Made by a program: the position numbers and the translations under genes. 64,000 nt of DNA from Lama guanicoe (lineage: Eukaryota). The stretch's first letter is position 1, and every line of letters begins with the position of its first letter. The stretch spans positions 3,074,282 through 3,138,281 of the forward strand of contig MU054400.1 in NCBI GenBank assembly GCA_013239625.1. The letters run 5' to 3'. The notes below the pieces were generated by a model. It had not been told where the DNA came from and did no database searches. It saw only the letters and a program-made list of their open reading frames with translations. This document shows, piece after piece, positions 37,589 through 50,297 of this stretch.

Positions 37589-38357
37589 GCTTTTGCACTG
37601 GAAATATCCTATTCGATTTGAACCACTGTCAACATCATTGCATTTGTCCATTTTGAACAAGAACTTGATGCTACCTGAGTCTACCTGCCCCAGAACTGAT
37701 AAAGAGCAAAGCCTTTTGATTCTGAGTTACTTCTCAGTGGACTGTGATGGGTAGAAACTCATTTAGGCTGGAGCAGAAGATAGCTCTCGAAACCATTTAA
37801 ATTGCATTAAGACTTGTGATTCTAATGTGGACTTTTCTCAAATAAACTTCTGATCCTGTAGCTTACATCCCCCAAAAGGAGAGCTTGGCCACCAGATGGG
37901 ATTGCTTTAGTGCTGAAAGGAAGTTTAAGCAGAGGAAATGCAAACTTTAAAGTTTTGATGTCAGCTATGCTCAGAGTCTCAAAATATTATCTTGGGAAAT
38001 AAAATAATTATAAATTATGTCTCTTTATACTTTGTTTTCTTCTTATTTTTGGTTTTGTCTTAAAAGTTTGAATTAAAGAAATAATGTTAATTATCAATAT
38101 ATATTTATTTTAGAATATTTGAAAAATTCAGAAATGAGCAAATAGCTTGGTGGGAAAAAACATAAGTTAACTACACAAAGGAAACCACGGTTTACCTACT
38201 TCCCTTTGCTCTTTGCTATGCATGTTTTTATGAAATTAGGACAGTACATTAGATTACTTTGAGATGCTGCTTCTAACACTTAGGGAGATGGCATCAGGAT
38301 TTCTCTGGGTTATTAAAACATTATTACTTATTTGAAAGCACAAAAGACTCCTGGTTA

Positions 38358-38589
38358 AATTTGGGAGTTTGAGCTTTGCAAATGTTAGCCACTATATATA
38401 AAAATAGATTTTTAAAAAGGCTCTGCTGTATAGCACAGGGAACTATGTTCAATATCTTGTAATAACCTTTAATGAAAAAGAATATGAAAATGAATATATG
38501 TATGTGTATGCATGACTGGGACACTGTGCTGTACACCAGAAATGGACACATCATACTGACAGTACTTCAATTAAAAAAAAATTTTTTTT
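38358..38589 (+). mobile_element. Short 5'-truncated L1 3'UTR insertion
   Basis: TTGGGAGTTTGAG..CTGTATAGCACAGGGAACTAT..TACTTCAATTAAAAAAAA; TSD AAAGACTC(C/T)TGGT(T/C)A at 38343-38357 and 38590-38604. Confidence 0.9.
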
Positions 38590-39201
38590 AAAGACTCTTG
38601 GTCAGAATCAAAGGGTGGACTTAGAAGGCATTAATGACCCTCCCTGGTTTCAGGAGCAGGGATTGCCACAGGAAGTTTAAGGTGGGTCTCTGGACAGGTC
38701 TAGAACCCCGCCTACGATCATTGGAGTTGAAGGAAGAATTACTCATTCTCAGTCAAAGAGTTGGACAGTATGAGTTGAAAGAAACCAAACTAGAATTTTA
38801 CAGTTGGCTTCTGGAAATTATCAAATACAAATTCAACTTTTTTCATTTTACAAACAAAGATAAATTGAAGGAGAGTGTCTCATGCAAGCCCCGTAGAATG
38901 GAAGTTTGCAGAAGATCAAAGTGTGGAGAGAGAGACACTGCATCCGATGTGCTTCCACCTGCCTCCCCCTGTCTGTTACTAACCTTCTCCCACATCCCAC
39001 ATGAGCCCAGAAGCCGCTCTCACCACTTATTATACCTGCTTCCCAGGGTGGCAAACCCCAGGTGGTTAACGGCTATAGAAACTCTTTGTAATCAGTAAAA
39101 TGCGCCCCCTTCCCAAAAAGAGTAAGATGGTAATGATGATGATGAGAATGATTGTTTCCTATCTATTCAGGAAGGGGATGGATGCAACCACCTTTGCCTC
39201 A

Positions 39202-40375
39202 CTTATTTATTCATTCAACAGTATTACTGAGTATGCCAGGCACTGATTTTAGGAACCAAGGGTACGGCAGAGAACAGAGAGATAACACACTTAAATTGAG
39301 GAGTTTACATTCTAGTGGGGGAGACTAGCAATGAACAATAAAGGAGTAAGTTCTGGAGTATGATAGCCAGTGACAGTGACAAGGAGGGAATATAGGCAAG
39401 AATAAGATAGATGATGTTCTGGGAGTGGGGCTAAATGTTAGATGGAGTGGCCAGAGGAAGAAACCAAGTATCTGTCTGAGGGAAGGGCATTCTGGGCAGA
39501 GGGAACAAAGGCCCTGTGGTAGGAATGTGCCTGTGGTTTTGAGAGACAGCGAGGAGGCCAGGGTGGCTGGAGTCCATTGAGCAGAGGAGGAGGAAATGGG
39601 GTGAACACAGGCACAACAGGAGCCCAGATTACATGGAGTCACGAAGGCTGTGTTACCAAGGGAAGAGAGTGGAGGGTTCTGAGCGGAGGAGTGGTGGTAC
39701 CTGATTTCAGTTTTAGACAACATCTCTCTGGCGTTAAACAGTCGTCTCTGCGGAGGGCAGACTGAAGGGACGTGAGGGTTAACCCAGCAGGCCTGAGTTG
39801 CTCAAACCCTTCACATTTAGCAGGAAAGGCCTGGCTTTGGGAGAAGCCTGTGTTGGGGATAGCCTCCGAGCCCTTGGAACACTCTGCTTGATGAGAGCTT
39901 TGTTGTGCATGACACCTTAGGCCAGGCTGTCCCGGTCTGATCAGATGACAGAGCTGCAGCCTGAGTAGCTGGGCTTGGTCACACAAATGCTGCCTGTTTA
40001 TATGACTGACCCCCAGTAAAAGCCCTGGACACATGGCTTCCCTGGTTGAAACGATCACAAGTGCCATCGCACACCATTGCTGTAAGAGTGCTGTGCGTCC
40101 TGTGCAACTCCCCTGGGAGGGCACACCTGGGAGCTTGAGCCCAGTGTCTCCTGGACTCCGCCCCACATGCCTTTTCCCTGTGCTGGTTTCCATCTGCATG
40201 CCTTTGCTATCATAAACTGTACTAGGAGTATAACAACTTTTCTGAGTCCTATGAGTCCTTCTAGCAGATGACCACGCCTAAGAGTGGTCTTGGGAACCCA
40301 AATACACCGTGGCAACAGTTGAGAGCAGCTGGGAGGAGGATGCATTAATCCACATGAGAGATGACGGTGGCTTGT
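39202..40375 (-). mobile_element. L2 LINE, interrupted by an LTR
   Basis: TTCATTCAACAGTATTACTGAG..TATGCCAGGCACTG 3' end; L2 resumes after the LTR (TAATCCACATGAGAGATGACGGTGGCTTG). Confidence 0.75.
39772..40306 (+). mobile_element. MER21/MER68/MER77-group LTR
   Basis: GGTTAACCCAGCAGGCCTGAG start, GCTTCCCTGGTTG, GACTCCGCCCCACATGCC, and GAGTATAACAACTTT..GAGTCCTTCTAGC..GTGGTCTTGGGAACCC..ACA end. Confidence 0.75.
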
Positions 40376-40983
40376 TCTGCATGATTTTGTCTCAGCAGTG
40401 TCCTGGGGATTTCTGCTGGGCCTCTGGAAGCTTGTTGGCAGGGAAAAAGATATCTTTCATTAATAGCAATTGACATAATCCAGGATCTCTTTATTAAAAG
40501 GCTAATTCCAGCCTAATCTGTCAGTGAACCCTTTCTGCTCCCCTCTCCCCCGCCCAGGGAAGAAGTTCTTGAGAAACTTGGTAACTCTAAATGCCAAGAA
40601 AAAATACCAAGATTTCTTGTGTCTCCGTGAGCTAGCAGGTCTGCATTCGTCAGCAGATACAACTGTAATTAGAAGTGCTCAGGAAGAAGGAGGGACTCGA
40701 GCTGCTCAGAACCTCCCCTGGTTTCTACCTCCCCGACCTGGCTATTAGTCCCCCCGTCATTATCCCAAATGAGTGGACGAGACTCTGACCTTGGGAGGGT
40801 CATTGCAGGAGATGAGACAATATGAGAAAAAAGACTCTTAAACTTCTCCTTGAGTGGGGGAATGAGAGCATTTCCATAGTCTAGGTCATTTTATTTACTG
40901 TAATACAATATTACTAATATTGTATTAACAATAACGGGGGTTTTAATGAAGTGTGCCAGTAGATGTTTGGGATAAAATACAGT

Positions 40984-41078
40984 GGGAGTTGGGAAAGACA
41001 CAGCTCAGTGGTAGAGTGCTTGCTGAGCATGCGTGAGGTCCTGGGATCCATCCCCAGGACCTCCATTAAGAAAAAAAT
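40984..41078 (+). mobile_element. tRNA-Ala-derived camelid SINE (Vic-1-like)
   Basis: CAGCTCAGTGGTAGAGTGCTTGCTGAGCATGCGTGAGGTCCTGGGATCCATCCCCAGGACCTCCA plus an A-tail. Confidence 0.85.
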
Positions 41079-41419
41079 AATACAATAAGTGTTTGTGAAT
41101 AAAGCCCAAGCCTTTTTGCAAAGTAAACGTTCTGCAGCCGGGCTTGCTGGGGGTGGTAGGGACTGGGACAGTCTGCCTCACACAGCACAGTGATGCTCTG
41201 CGGAACTTAAGGGTCTTTATAGACAGGAGAGTAAACTTTTGCTCTGAGGATGTTTACGAGACAGAAGGCAGGAGCTGAAGCTATTGGGAGCCATCTGCCT
41301 CCTAGGTTCTACGACTGCCTGGGTTCTGATCTTTGTCCACCCCCAAGGCAAAGGATTAGGACTAGAAGAAGTTATTCCAGGGAACACACTCTTGTGGGCG
41401 TGGGAAGGGAGAGGGAAGG

Positions 41420-41640
41420 ATCTAGAAACCAGCCAAAACTTGGATCAAGTCCCAGCCCCACCACTTCCCAGGAGTGGGACCTTAGGCAAGTTACTCAGCA
41501 TCTTAGAGTCTCTGAGCCTCCCATTCTTCCTTTATTAAATGGGATTATGTTACCTGCCTCCAAGCATCATTTGTATGAGATTCAAATTATATATGTCTGG
41601 CACCCAGCCCACAGGAGACACCTAGTGAATGTTCACTTTC
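41420..41640 (+). mobile_element. MIR SINE
   Basis: TCCCAGCCCCACCACTT..GACCTTAGGCAAGTTACT..TCTCTGAGCCTC..AAATGGGAT. Confidence 0.7.
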
Positions 41641-44600
41641 TCTGGCTAAATACTCCATGTACTAATCCATCAAGTCAAGAATATCAGTGTAGTTGAAAGG
41701 AGTCGAAACAACAAGGGACTTGCCCTGGACAGCGGGAGGGTGCATCTTTAAACTATGCCTCTTGTGTTGCAGAGTTTGATAAGGGAGGAATTTCTACCTG
41801 GGAAAACCATAATTTCATAGTTTCTGTTCGTGCGTTTCGCCCCACAGTGGAATTCAATTATGCACTTGGTCTGGCCACACAGGGCTTATGGCTGGCGATC
41901 TGATTAACAAGGGCCATGCTCTACCAACTGCTAAATATTTTAACATACCCCTTGGTGTGTGCCAATAAAATGTGGGCAGCTGGGTGGAGTAGATCATCCT
42001 TTGTTTTTTAGAAGACCAGTAAGGTTTTGGCTATAGGGGCGTACCCCTGTAAATTAACACGTGGTAGGAAGTCAAGAGCGTCTCTGACATGTGAGGAGTT
42101 TATGTGCTGGAGACAGGAAGCAGGGAGGAAGAGAGGCTATCAAGGAAGGAGGATGCCTCAAAAGACTGTGATAAGATGGTGCCCAGGAGAGCCTGGCTCT
42201 TGATATGTCACCCACGGTGAGGCGTGGCTGATGGAATCTTTGGACAATGATGTCTAGCATCCAAGGTGAAGTTTTTGCCTGCGGCAATCTCCTTCAGTTA
42301 GTTCCAACTCTGTAAAGTTCACAAAAGACGTACTAGTGCTGTGAGGGAAGAAAGGTTTTTGAAGTGATTTCCATTGTGGGGTGAAGGAAACCAGTAAGAC
42401 AAAATCTAAAGCCTGTCACCAAACTGGAAGCTGTGTGACCTTAGTACGAGACCAAGAGCTCCGCAGAAGTCTCCCAGGATGTTGGGAGGAGTGCCCCCCG
42501 GAGGGTGGGATGAGGGCTTGCGTTACCTTTCTGAGTCGTACTAACATAAAAGAGTCGCCCCAGAAGTTTGAGGCATTTGGATGGCGAATTCTGAGTCTTT
42601 TAAATAGAGTATTTTGTTGTCTTCAGGGCACTTGATAAAAACAACAAAAATCTCTTGCAAATGCTCTTTGCTTGCATCTGCCTGTGTGAATGAATGAGAT
42701 CTACCTGCTCCCAACCCTGAAGGGTACATCGTGGTAACCCAGGGGCTTTTCAGGCCAGAAGGCAGCCTGGATCAGTGCCTCGAGGTCCCTCTGGGGGCTC
42801 TGAGAGCCGAGTCAGGGAAGCACCTGTTTAGTGCACAGGCAAGGGCAGGTCTTCCCTGCTTCTTTACGAGTAGCTCGATGAGAGGTTTGAAGAGCACTCA
42901 CTGTTGAGTTCCTTAGCAGAGTCTGCAGACTCTTGAAGCCCTTCTGCGCCCAAGCCACTGAATCCTATTTCTGGATTTGCCTTTAACGCTGAGCAAAACT
43001 TTTTAACCCAGGTGTTCATGGCCTGCCCCTGAGTGTCCCACATCACAATCCAGGAAGCTGTTTCGAACAGAAACGTCAGGGAGCCAGTGGGAAAGCACTG
43101 AAGGCAAAGGGTAAGGTTTTGCGGTTTCAGAACAAGCGAAAGAGGCATTTTGAAGAACTTCCAGAGCTGATGCCGAGACAGAATAGAGTTTTGCCCGTCC
43201 CAGATTCCATCCTTGGCAGCTGGAATCCGATTTGTAGCTTTGTAGACGCTTTGTCTTCGAGAGCTCCGTAAGACAGATGCTGCTCAAATGAAGAAAAACG
43301 TGCGCTCGCTCAAGGGAAATTAAGAAAAGATTCTTTACTTCACGGATTCCTGCCTGAAACTTCGCTGGCACATGTAGGAGACAGAGGTGTCAGGGAATAT
43401 TCTCGAATTTTTCTCTGGCTCATTCTCATCACTAACATACAAATTGCTGCGAAGGAAGTGTATTTTGCTCAAACGCCATAGCCTTCTGTTCCAGGGAAAA
43501 AAACTTAGAAGGCTATAAACCAAGCAGCAGCTTCTATTTGGGCCTCTTTGGCAGAGAAAGAAAAAGGAAAGGAGCCGGGAAATATATTCCCTCTCTTGAA
43601 CTGGGGCAGAGGAAGGATTCCTTAATAAAATGTGGGGATTACTAAGTCCTGCCTGGAAACAAAGCATGATATAAACAAGCCACGGCTTACAGTTTCAGAA
43701 CCCAGTAAATTATATTTATGGTTGTGCATTTGTCAAGATAAGTAGCTAATGGTAATCCAATAAGCAGATAAGGGTAATAAAATGTACTGATGTGGGGCAG
43801 AAGGCTGTCTCGGTGATGGGGACGCCCTTTCACATCTGTGGTCCTAGAAGACCTCATCAAACGTTTTCGGACAGGGATGATGGCCAGGCCAGGGACAGGC
43901 GGCTGGCAGAGGGTGAGGAGGAAAGGTCGTTTTTGTTTGGAGCCTTTCAATAATGACAGAGCACTTAACCAGTTTCTGGTTTTATCATAGATGAAGTGAT
44001 ATGTTTTACAAGCAGAAATCTCCGGCCATGTAAGGAAGAGATAGGTCTGCCTTTAAGAGATTTTTAGAAAAGAAAAACCAGGACAAGAGGCAGCATCCTT
44101 TAGGAGAAATACTGTATCTGGGTAGCAGAACAAGTCCTGAACACATTTTCAGGCTCTAGACCAAAATAGAAATCCTAGCAATTGTCAACCTCCTCAAATT
44201 TGCTGGGGGCTGATTCTAACAGACTCCTTGAGATCTACACCTGTTACGTTGTGGTTGAGTAACAGGAAGAGGTGCAGGTCTGAACTCCCTGTCTGAGGTG
44301 TGCTGTTCTCCAGGTGGCCTCCTCGTCCTTCTCTGGAGGAGTTTTTTGGATGTAGCAAGATGCAGGGAGGCAGGGTCTCTATGAAAGCAACTCTCACAGT
44401 CTAGTCCTTTAGTCACTGAACAGATAAGAACAAACAACCCTGCTGTAGGCAATAAAGACCCTGCCATCAAGTTAAGCCTGATCTTTGAATTTATGTTGGG
44501 CCAGTGGATAAGAAACAAATACATTCATGCCTCCATATCTGGGCCTCAGAATGAACCTCGCAGTTCAATTAGGGAAAGTATTACTGCTCGTATTTGGCAT

Positions 44601-44919
44601 GAAGAGTCTAACCTTAGAGCAAGGCCAAGGCGGGGCTGACCACACACCCTGCCTGAGCCCTTGCTGCCCATCTGTGCATGAGGGCCTCGAGTCTGGGGCT
44701 CCCAAGGACCCACACACAGCTCACATGAAGGGAGCGTGTGGCAGGACACTTTTCAAAGACCACCCAAAGCAACCAATGAAATTCTCTAGTTTTTCAATGT
44801 CCGCTTGCACAGACTGAGTTATTGTTCCAGAAGATTCTAAAAATATACAGACTAAAAGCTTTCCTTTCGACTGACTCTGTTCAGTTGTCAGAGGCCATTC
44901 AGGGCAAGTCACAATACAT

Positions 44920-45113
44920 TGGTTTTGCTGTCAGCCTGACCTGGGTTCAAGTTCTTGCTCAGTCAGTGATCTTGCCCAGTTGTTTAAGCTCTTGAAGCTG
45001 CAGATTTTTCATCTGTGAAAAACGACACTTATAGTGCAGGGTGGTTGCAATGATTAGAAATCATGGGTGGCAAACACTTGGCATACAGAACTCATTGAAA
45101 AGGAGCTATTATT
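44920..45113 (+). mobile_element. MIR SINE
   Basis: GACCTGGGTTCAAGT..GTGATCTTG..TTTCATCTGTGAAA..GCTATTATTA. Confidence 0.7.
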
Positions 45114-45224
45114 AAGCTCTACTGGAACCAGGCTGCAATTACTGAAGTAGATGACAATTACCCTGCTGAAAATTTTTCTGAAATGGTTATTTAAAGCCTA
45201 ATTTGCTGGACTTTGTCACAAGTA

Positions 45225-45430
45225 ATAGCTTAGAAATAGCTAGCACTTCAGTTCACGAAGTGTTTTTGGAGTTGTTTTCTCATATAATTCTCACAACTGT
45301 CAGAAAGTTTGGTTTTATGATTATCCTCACTTTGGAGATAAGGAAACTGGGACTTAGAAGAAGTAAATTACTTATGATCTCGAAGTGAGTCAGTTGGCAA
45401 ATGTGGATGTCAATGATGCCAGGTGGACCG
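45225..45430 (-). mobile_element. MIR SINE
   Basis: TAATTCTCACAAC..ATTATCCTCACTTTGGAGATAAGGAAACTGGG. Confidence 0.65.
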
Positions 45431-45469
45431 CTCTGTGTACTACTAGAGTAGTGTTCAAGTTTGTGCACA

Positions 45470-45610
45470 CACTCATTCTTTTATTAAACAAACACTTACT
45501 GAATCCCTGCAGGCCCTGAGCTAGGTGCTGAGAATACAGCAGTGAGAAAAAAGTCCCAGCCCCTGCTTCAAGGACTTTATGTTATTGCAGGGAACGTAGA
45601 CATTAAACAA
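45470..45610 (-). mobile_element. L2 3' end
   Basis: AACAAACACTTACTGA..CTAGGTGCTGAGAATACAGCAGTGAG..GTCCCAGCCCCTGC. Confidence 0.65.
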
Positions 45611-45619
45611 CTTCATTGG

Positions 45620-46635
45620 AAAATGAACAACCAGATTTAAAGATGGGCGAATCAACCTGAACTGACACCTCACCGAAGAAGACAGACAGATGGCAAATGA
45701 GCATGTGAAAAGATGCTCAATATCGTATGTCATCGGGGAATTGCAAACTAAAACAATGAGGTAATTAACACCGCTTGCCCATTAGCACCGCCCAATCCAA
45801 AACACACACACCACCAGTCACTGGCAAACATGTGGAGCCCCAGGAATTCTCATTCATTGCTGATGAGAATGCAAAATGGTACAGCCACTGTGGAAGAGAG
45901 TTTGACAGTTCCCCCCCAAAACAAATAAATAAACAACTCTTATCGTATGATCAAGAAATTGTGCTCCTTTATATTCACCAGAAAGAACTGAAGACTTATC
46001 CACACAAAAACCTGCACACAGTTGTTTATAGTAACTTTGCTCATTACTGACAAAACCTGGAGAAAACTAAGATGTTCTTTACTAGGTGAATGGATAAATA
46101 AACTGTGATACAGACAGACAAGGAAATATTATTAAGTCATTGGAAATGAACTATCAAGCCATGAAAAGACATGGAGGAAACGTAAATGCATATTAGTTAG
46201 TGAAAGCAGCCAATCTGAAAAGGTCATATGTATTTCAAATATATGACCTTCTGGAAAAGGCAAAACTGTGGAGACAGTAGAAAGATCAGTGGTTGTCATG
46301 GGCTGGAAAGGAGGGAGGCAAGGATGAATAGGCAGAACAGAGGATTTTTAATGATCCTGTCATGGTGGCTACGTATCATTATAAATTTATCATAACCTGT
46401 GGAACGTACAACACCAAGAGTGAACCCCAATGTAAACTCGGACTTGGGATAATAATGATGTGTTGATGTAGGTTCATCAATCGTAACAAATATACCACTG
46501 TGATGCAGGACATGAGGCTAGGGAGATCGTGCCTGTGTAGACATATGGGATGTATAGAAATTCTCTATACTGTCTGCTCAATTTTTCTGTAAACCTGAAA
46601 CTGCATTAAAAAATAAGTCTAGTTTTTCAAGAAGA
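45620..46635 (+). mobile_element. L1MC-like 3' ~1 kb fragment
   Basis: GATGGCAAATGAGCATGTGAAAAGATGCTCAA..TGCAAAATGGTACAGCCACT..ACAACACCAAGAGTGAACCC..TGTAAACCTGAAACTGC; possible TSD AACTTCA(T/C)TG. Confidence 0.85.
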
Positions 46636-47489
46636 AAACTTCACTGATTGTGGGAAGTGCAATGAAAGAGACAATGCAGGGACCTTAGCAGTCCAGTGTA
46701 GTCTTATAGAGTGAAGAAAATGGTTCTCAGCAAGTGATCTCTGAGCCGAAATCTGAAGCATAAATGGTGGAAATATCGTTTGTGCTAAATGCTACAACTT
46801 GACCAATTGAAGTCACCATGTGAACAGCACAACCCCGCTAAAGGACAATAAATGAAATCCACTTAAAATTATCATCATAGGTGGCAAATAATACTTGTTG
46901 TAATGATTCCACTTGTGTGAAATGTGCCTCAGATCCGGAAAAAGAAAACATGGGAAGGGGCCCAGTGTTGTCATGGTAACAGAAACACAAAGAACCCATG
47001 CTAAAGGGTTTCCAATAAGCGAGAACAGACCGCATTCAGTGAGTAGCCTTCCATGGAAGTTGACATCTGTTATTCATTTGTTGGTCCTAGTTTTGAAGAA
47101 AAGCAGTGTAATTGGAAATACTTCTATGTTCTGGGGAAATATTGAGTGGAAGAGCTCTTAGTGCTTCTTAAATACTGGTCCATGACTTTTAACATTTTGT
47201 TAATTGCTCTCTCCATTTAAAGAATGGATGAGAGAGTTGGGTAAGATTTGGATTCAATAATGTCAAAGCTATGGAAGATCAAAGACAGTGTCTTGCTTAC
47301 GCAAGGAGAAAGGAGCTCTCCCATCATTGAAAGGACATCTTCTGGATGATTAGGGAAAGATAAGAGAAAATGTACATTAAGGAGGAGGTGAAAGGTGGAG
47401 AATATTCAGTAGCTAATTGCAACTGGGGGATATAGCAAGGAAAAAATTACCAGTGAATCTTCCTATCTACCTAGATAGAGTGATGGGTC

Positions 47490-47720
47490 AGAGGAAGGAT
47501 ATGGATATCAAACAGACTTGGATTTAAGTCCCAGCTCTAAGACTTTAAGCAAGTTTCTGAGTCTCTCTACAACCCAATCTCCTCATCTGTAAAATGGGAA
47601 CATTACCAGACCTACCCCATGGGTTTTTGGAAGGATTAAATATTTCAATAAACACACAATTATTATCACAGTGCCTAGCACATAATAGCCACTCAATGAA
47701 TATTAGCTGTGTTATTAGTT
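47490..47720 (+). mobile_element. MIR SINE
   Basis: CCTCATCTGTAAAATGGGAAC..AGGATTAAA..CAGTGCCTAGCACATAATAG. Confidence 0.8.
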
Positions 47721-48264
47721 TGTAATGGGCTGTGTAGCTCCCCCTGTGTTAACAGTTCTGCTACTCAGCCATCCTACTAATGTTTAATTCCCATTGGACG
47801 GCAAAAGTTTTGAGAAAAAGTTTTAAGGGAAAATAAGATGACCTTGGTGAGTTGCCAGATAGCTGACAGCACAGAGGTGAATGTCAGTGGTAGTCTCCCG
47901 ACTCCGAGTGGCTCCAGCTGGGCCTACAGATGATCCTGGTGTCTAGGTGATCCTATAATTAGTTCTAAGACGTGCTGAGGTCTTCATTCCCCTGTTTAAT
48001 ATCCCTTTGCTGCAGAAAGGCTGACCCACGGGAAGCATCAGCATTGCTGGCCGGCGCATCACCTTCCTCACCTGGTTTCATACGCTCGCCTGAGTTGTCA
48101 TGCATCCCCTTTGAGAAAACGCAAGTCATTGCTGTGCATCTCAGTCACCGCAAGATCTGACCATACTTGCTTTGTGTTCACGAAGGATGGAACCCAATTT
48201 CGCCAACTCCTCTTTATATGACCTCGGCCAAACTACTTACACATTTGGAATGTCCAGACCCTCA

Positions 48265-48753
48265 TCTCCAGAAAGAGGGCCCAGGAGGGACTCAGATGGC
48301 TCACTTGAGCTGAGTGATTGGGACGGTTTCAAAAAAGGGATTATACAGAGTGTGGGCGGGGTTTGGAGAAACCAGCGAGGGCTGGTACACTGACTTCACT
48401 GGCAGCAGAGGGCCACTAGCAGTCTTAGGCCTGAAGGGTTTGGAGAAGGAAGGGTGTTCAGAACCCAGAGGTGGTAACTTTGCAGAGAGGGTCATCTGAC
48501 AGTGCTGTGATACAGTGAGAGATACAGCCAATCCTTGGTGACCTCACAGGAAAGAAGCAAAAGCGTAAATTAACTGCTTTTCTCCTGCTTCCTTCCCTAG
48601 GGCTGCTGAACTATTGGCCAGCCCTCCGTGGAAGCCTTAGAACAGGGAGCCTGGTGATGCAGTTCATACAGACCAGCCTTCCAGGGGCAGAGAACAAGGT
48701 CAGAGTGGGCCTGGGGTGGGAGGTGGGAAGTGGGGAGGAAGAAACCCAGCACA
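48265..48753 (-). mobile_element. ERVL LTR, LTR41-like
   Basis: CAGATGGCTCACT..GTGTGGGCGGGG..GAAACCA..TAGGCCTGAAGGG..ATTGGCC..GGAAGCC..AGGGAGCC..GATGCAG..CCAGCACA matches the recalled antisense LTR41. Confidence 0.7.
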
Positions 48754-50297
48754 GACACCACCAAGAAAGACTGGCATCAGCATGGAATACGTCCCTCTGT
48801 AGAACACCTGTCAGTGCCTGGCGCTTGCCAGGAGAGTGCCAAACTTCCATTCCCCCAAGCCCATCCCCCTCCCCAGCTCTCACAGAGAAGCCCACAGCCC
48901 GCAGCACAGCCCCTGTCCCACACTCAGGACAGATCTCAACAGGCACACTTGCACGGGCACACGATGCTCACTGTACATCAGGCTTTCTACCTTTAAGTGT
49001 TTGAGTTTTGGGTTTTGGGCCAAGTGTTTATTCACCCCACATTCCTTCATGGAGTTTTCAGCAACCGAACTTCAGTCTGTCCTTCCCAAATGTTACTAGC
49101 CCATGGGATACTGTCTGCACCAAATTGGTGGTTACTTTCTAACTATGTGGTCTGCTACAAAGGATGCACGTATCAGCGTCAGCTTTTGACGATTACCAAA
49201 AGGGTGAACTATCCTTACAGGAGAAAGCAAGGAAGATTCAGGGGCCTTCATCTTCGAAAGGATTTGAGCACCACACGTAACGGAGCAAATTTCCAGAGAG
49301 TGCCAAGAGCCTGATCCTTGGAAGGAGAGCTTTCTGACTTTACAAACAGGCAAGGCATTAGTTAGCCAGCCCAGCAGCGAACCTCTGCTCTGGTCAGCCA
49401 GTTTTATCAAATTAGTCTTAAAAACAACCAATAAAAGGTGCCAATCACTCTTCTTAACTCTGTGGCTGACCATCTATTATTAATCAGAGCACATCCTTCT
49501 GGAAGGGTAAATGGGGTCTCTAAGCTCAATAAGACCCCTAATGTACTCACTCGCTCTTGTGCTACCTTGGTACCACGCGGTAGACGGAATGATCGATCAG
49601 AACCACACGCAAAAGATAGATGTCCACTCCGCGCTCTCCCGGTCCTCGCTCCCTTCTCCCGTGTCACCGTGTCTGAAAATAATAAACGGAAACATATTTT
49701 TGTAAATGAAATAAACAAGCAGATGCACCATTGTTTGAAATGCTCATTTGTGACAAGTTAGACCCTGGCAGCTCGCAAGAAGCAAGAGAGGAGAACTGGC
49801 TGAGTGTTTCTGCTGTGTCGCTCCTCAGCTCTATTTTCTTTAATAGGAAGAGATTGCTGGCAGGGCTAAGTACTGCCACTGGATTGGAAATTTAGGGCAT
49901 CTTCAGAATTACGTTGCGGCGTGATTGGAAAAGCGTCTTATGCACCATGAAGAGGTTTTGGTCATGAGCCTATTTCAGAATGCAGGTGAAACGGCAAAGT
50001 TCAGATCTCCCAGCGTGAGCTACACCTCTGTGCATACACGATGAGACGCGTGGCAGGCTAAAGGGACAGCAGGAGAGTGTGCGATCTGAGCACACCCTCA
50101 GGGAAACACTGCCTTGTCCTCATTTCTGCTCAAGAGTAAACTCCAAATGGCACAGCTTCATTAACATAATCTCTTGGTCACTCGGTCTCAACACGCTTTA
50201 CCAGCGACAGCCTGCTGATCCCAACAAGAGCCTGAGGAAGTCATCAGACTGCCCATCCATGTCACTTCAGGTGAATTTACAGATAAATGCAAACTTA

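Noticed and set aside
37885..37905. CTCF-like GGCCACCAGATGGGAT
   Set aside because: Lacks the strongly conserved C after GG; insufficient alone
43113..43145. KVLRFQNKRKR, resembling homeodomain helix 3
   Set aside because: The invariant Trp is absent, and upstream residues do not fit helix 1/2 spacing; likely coincidence
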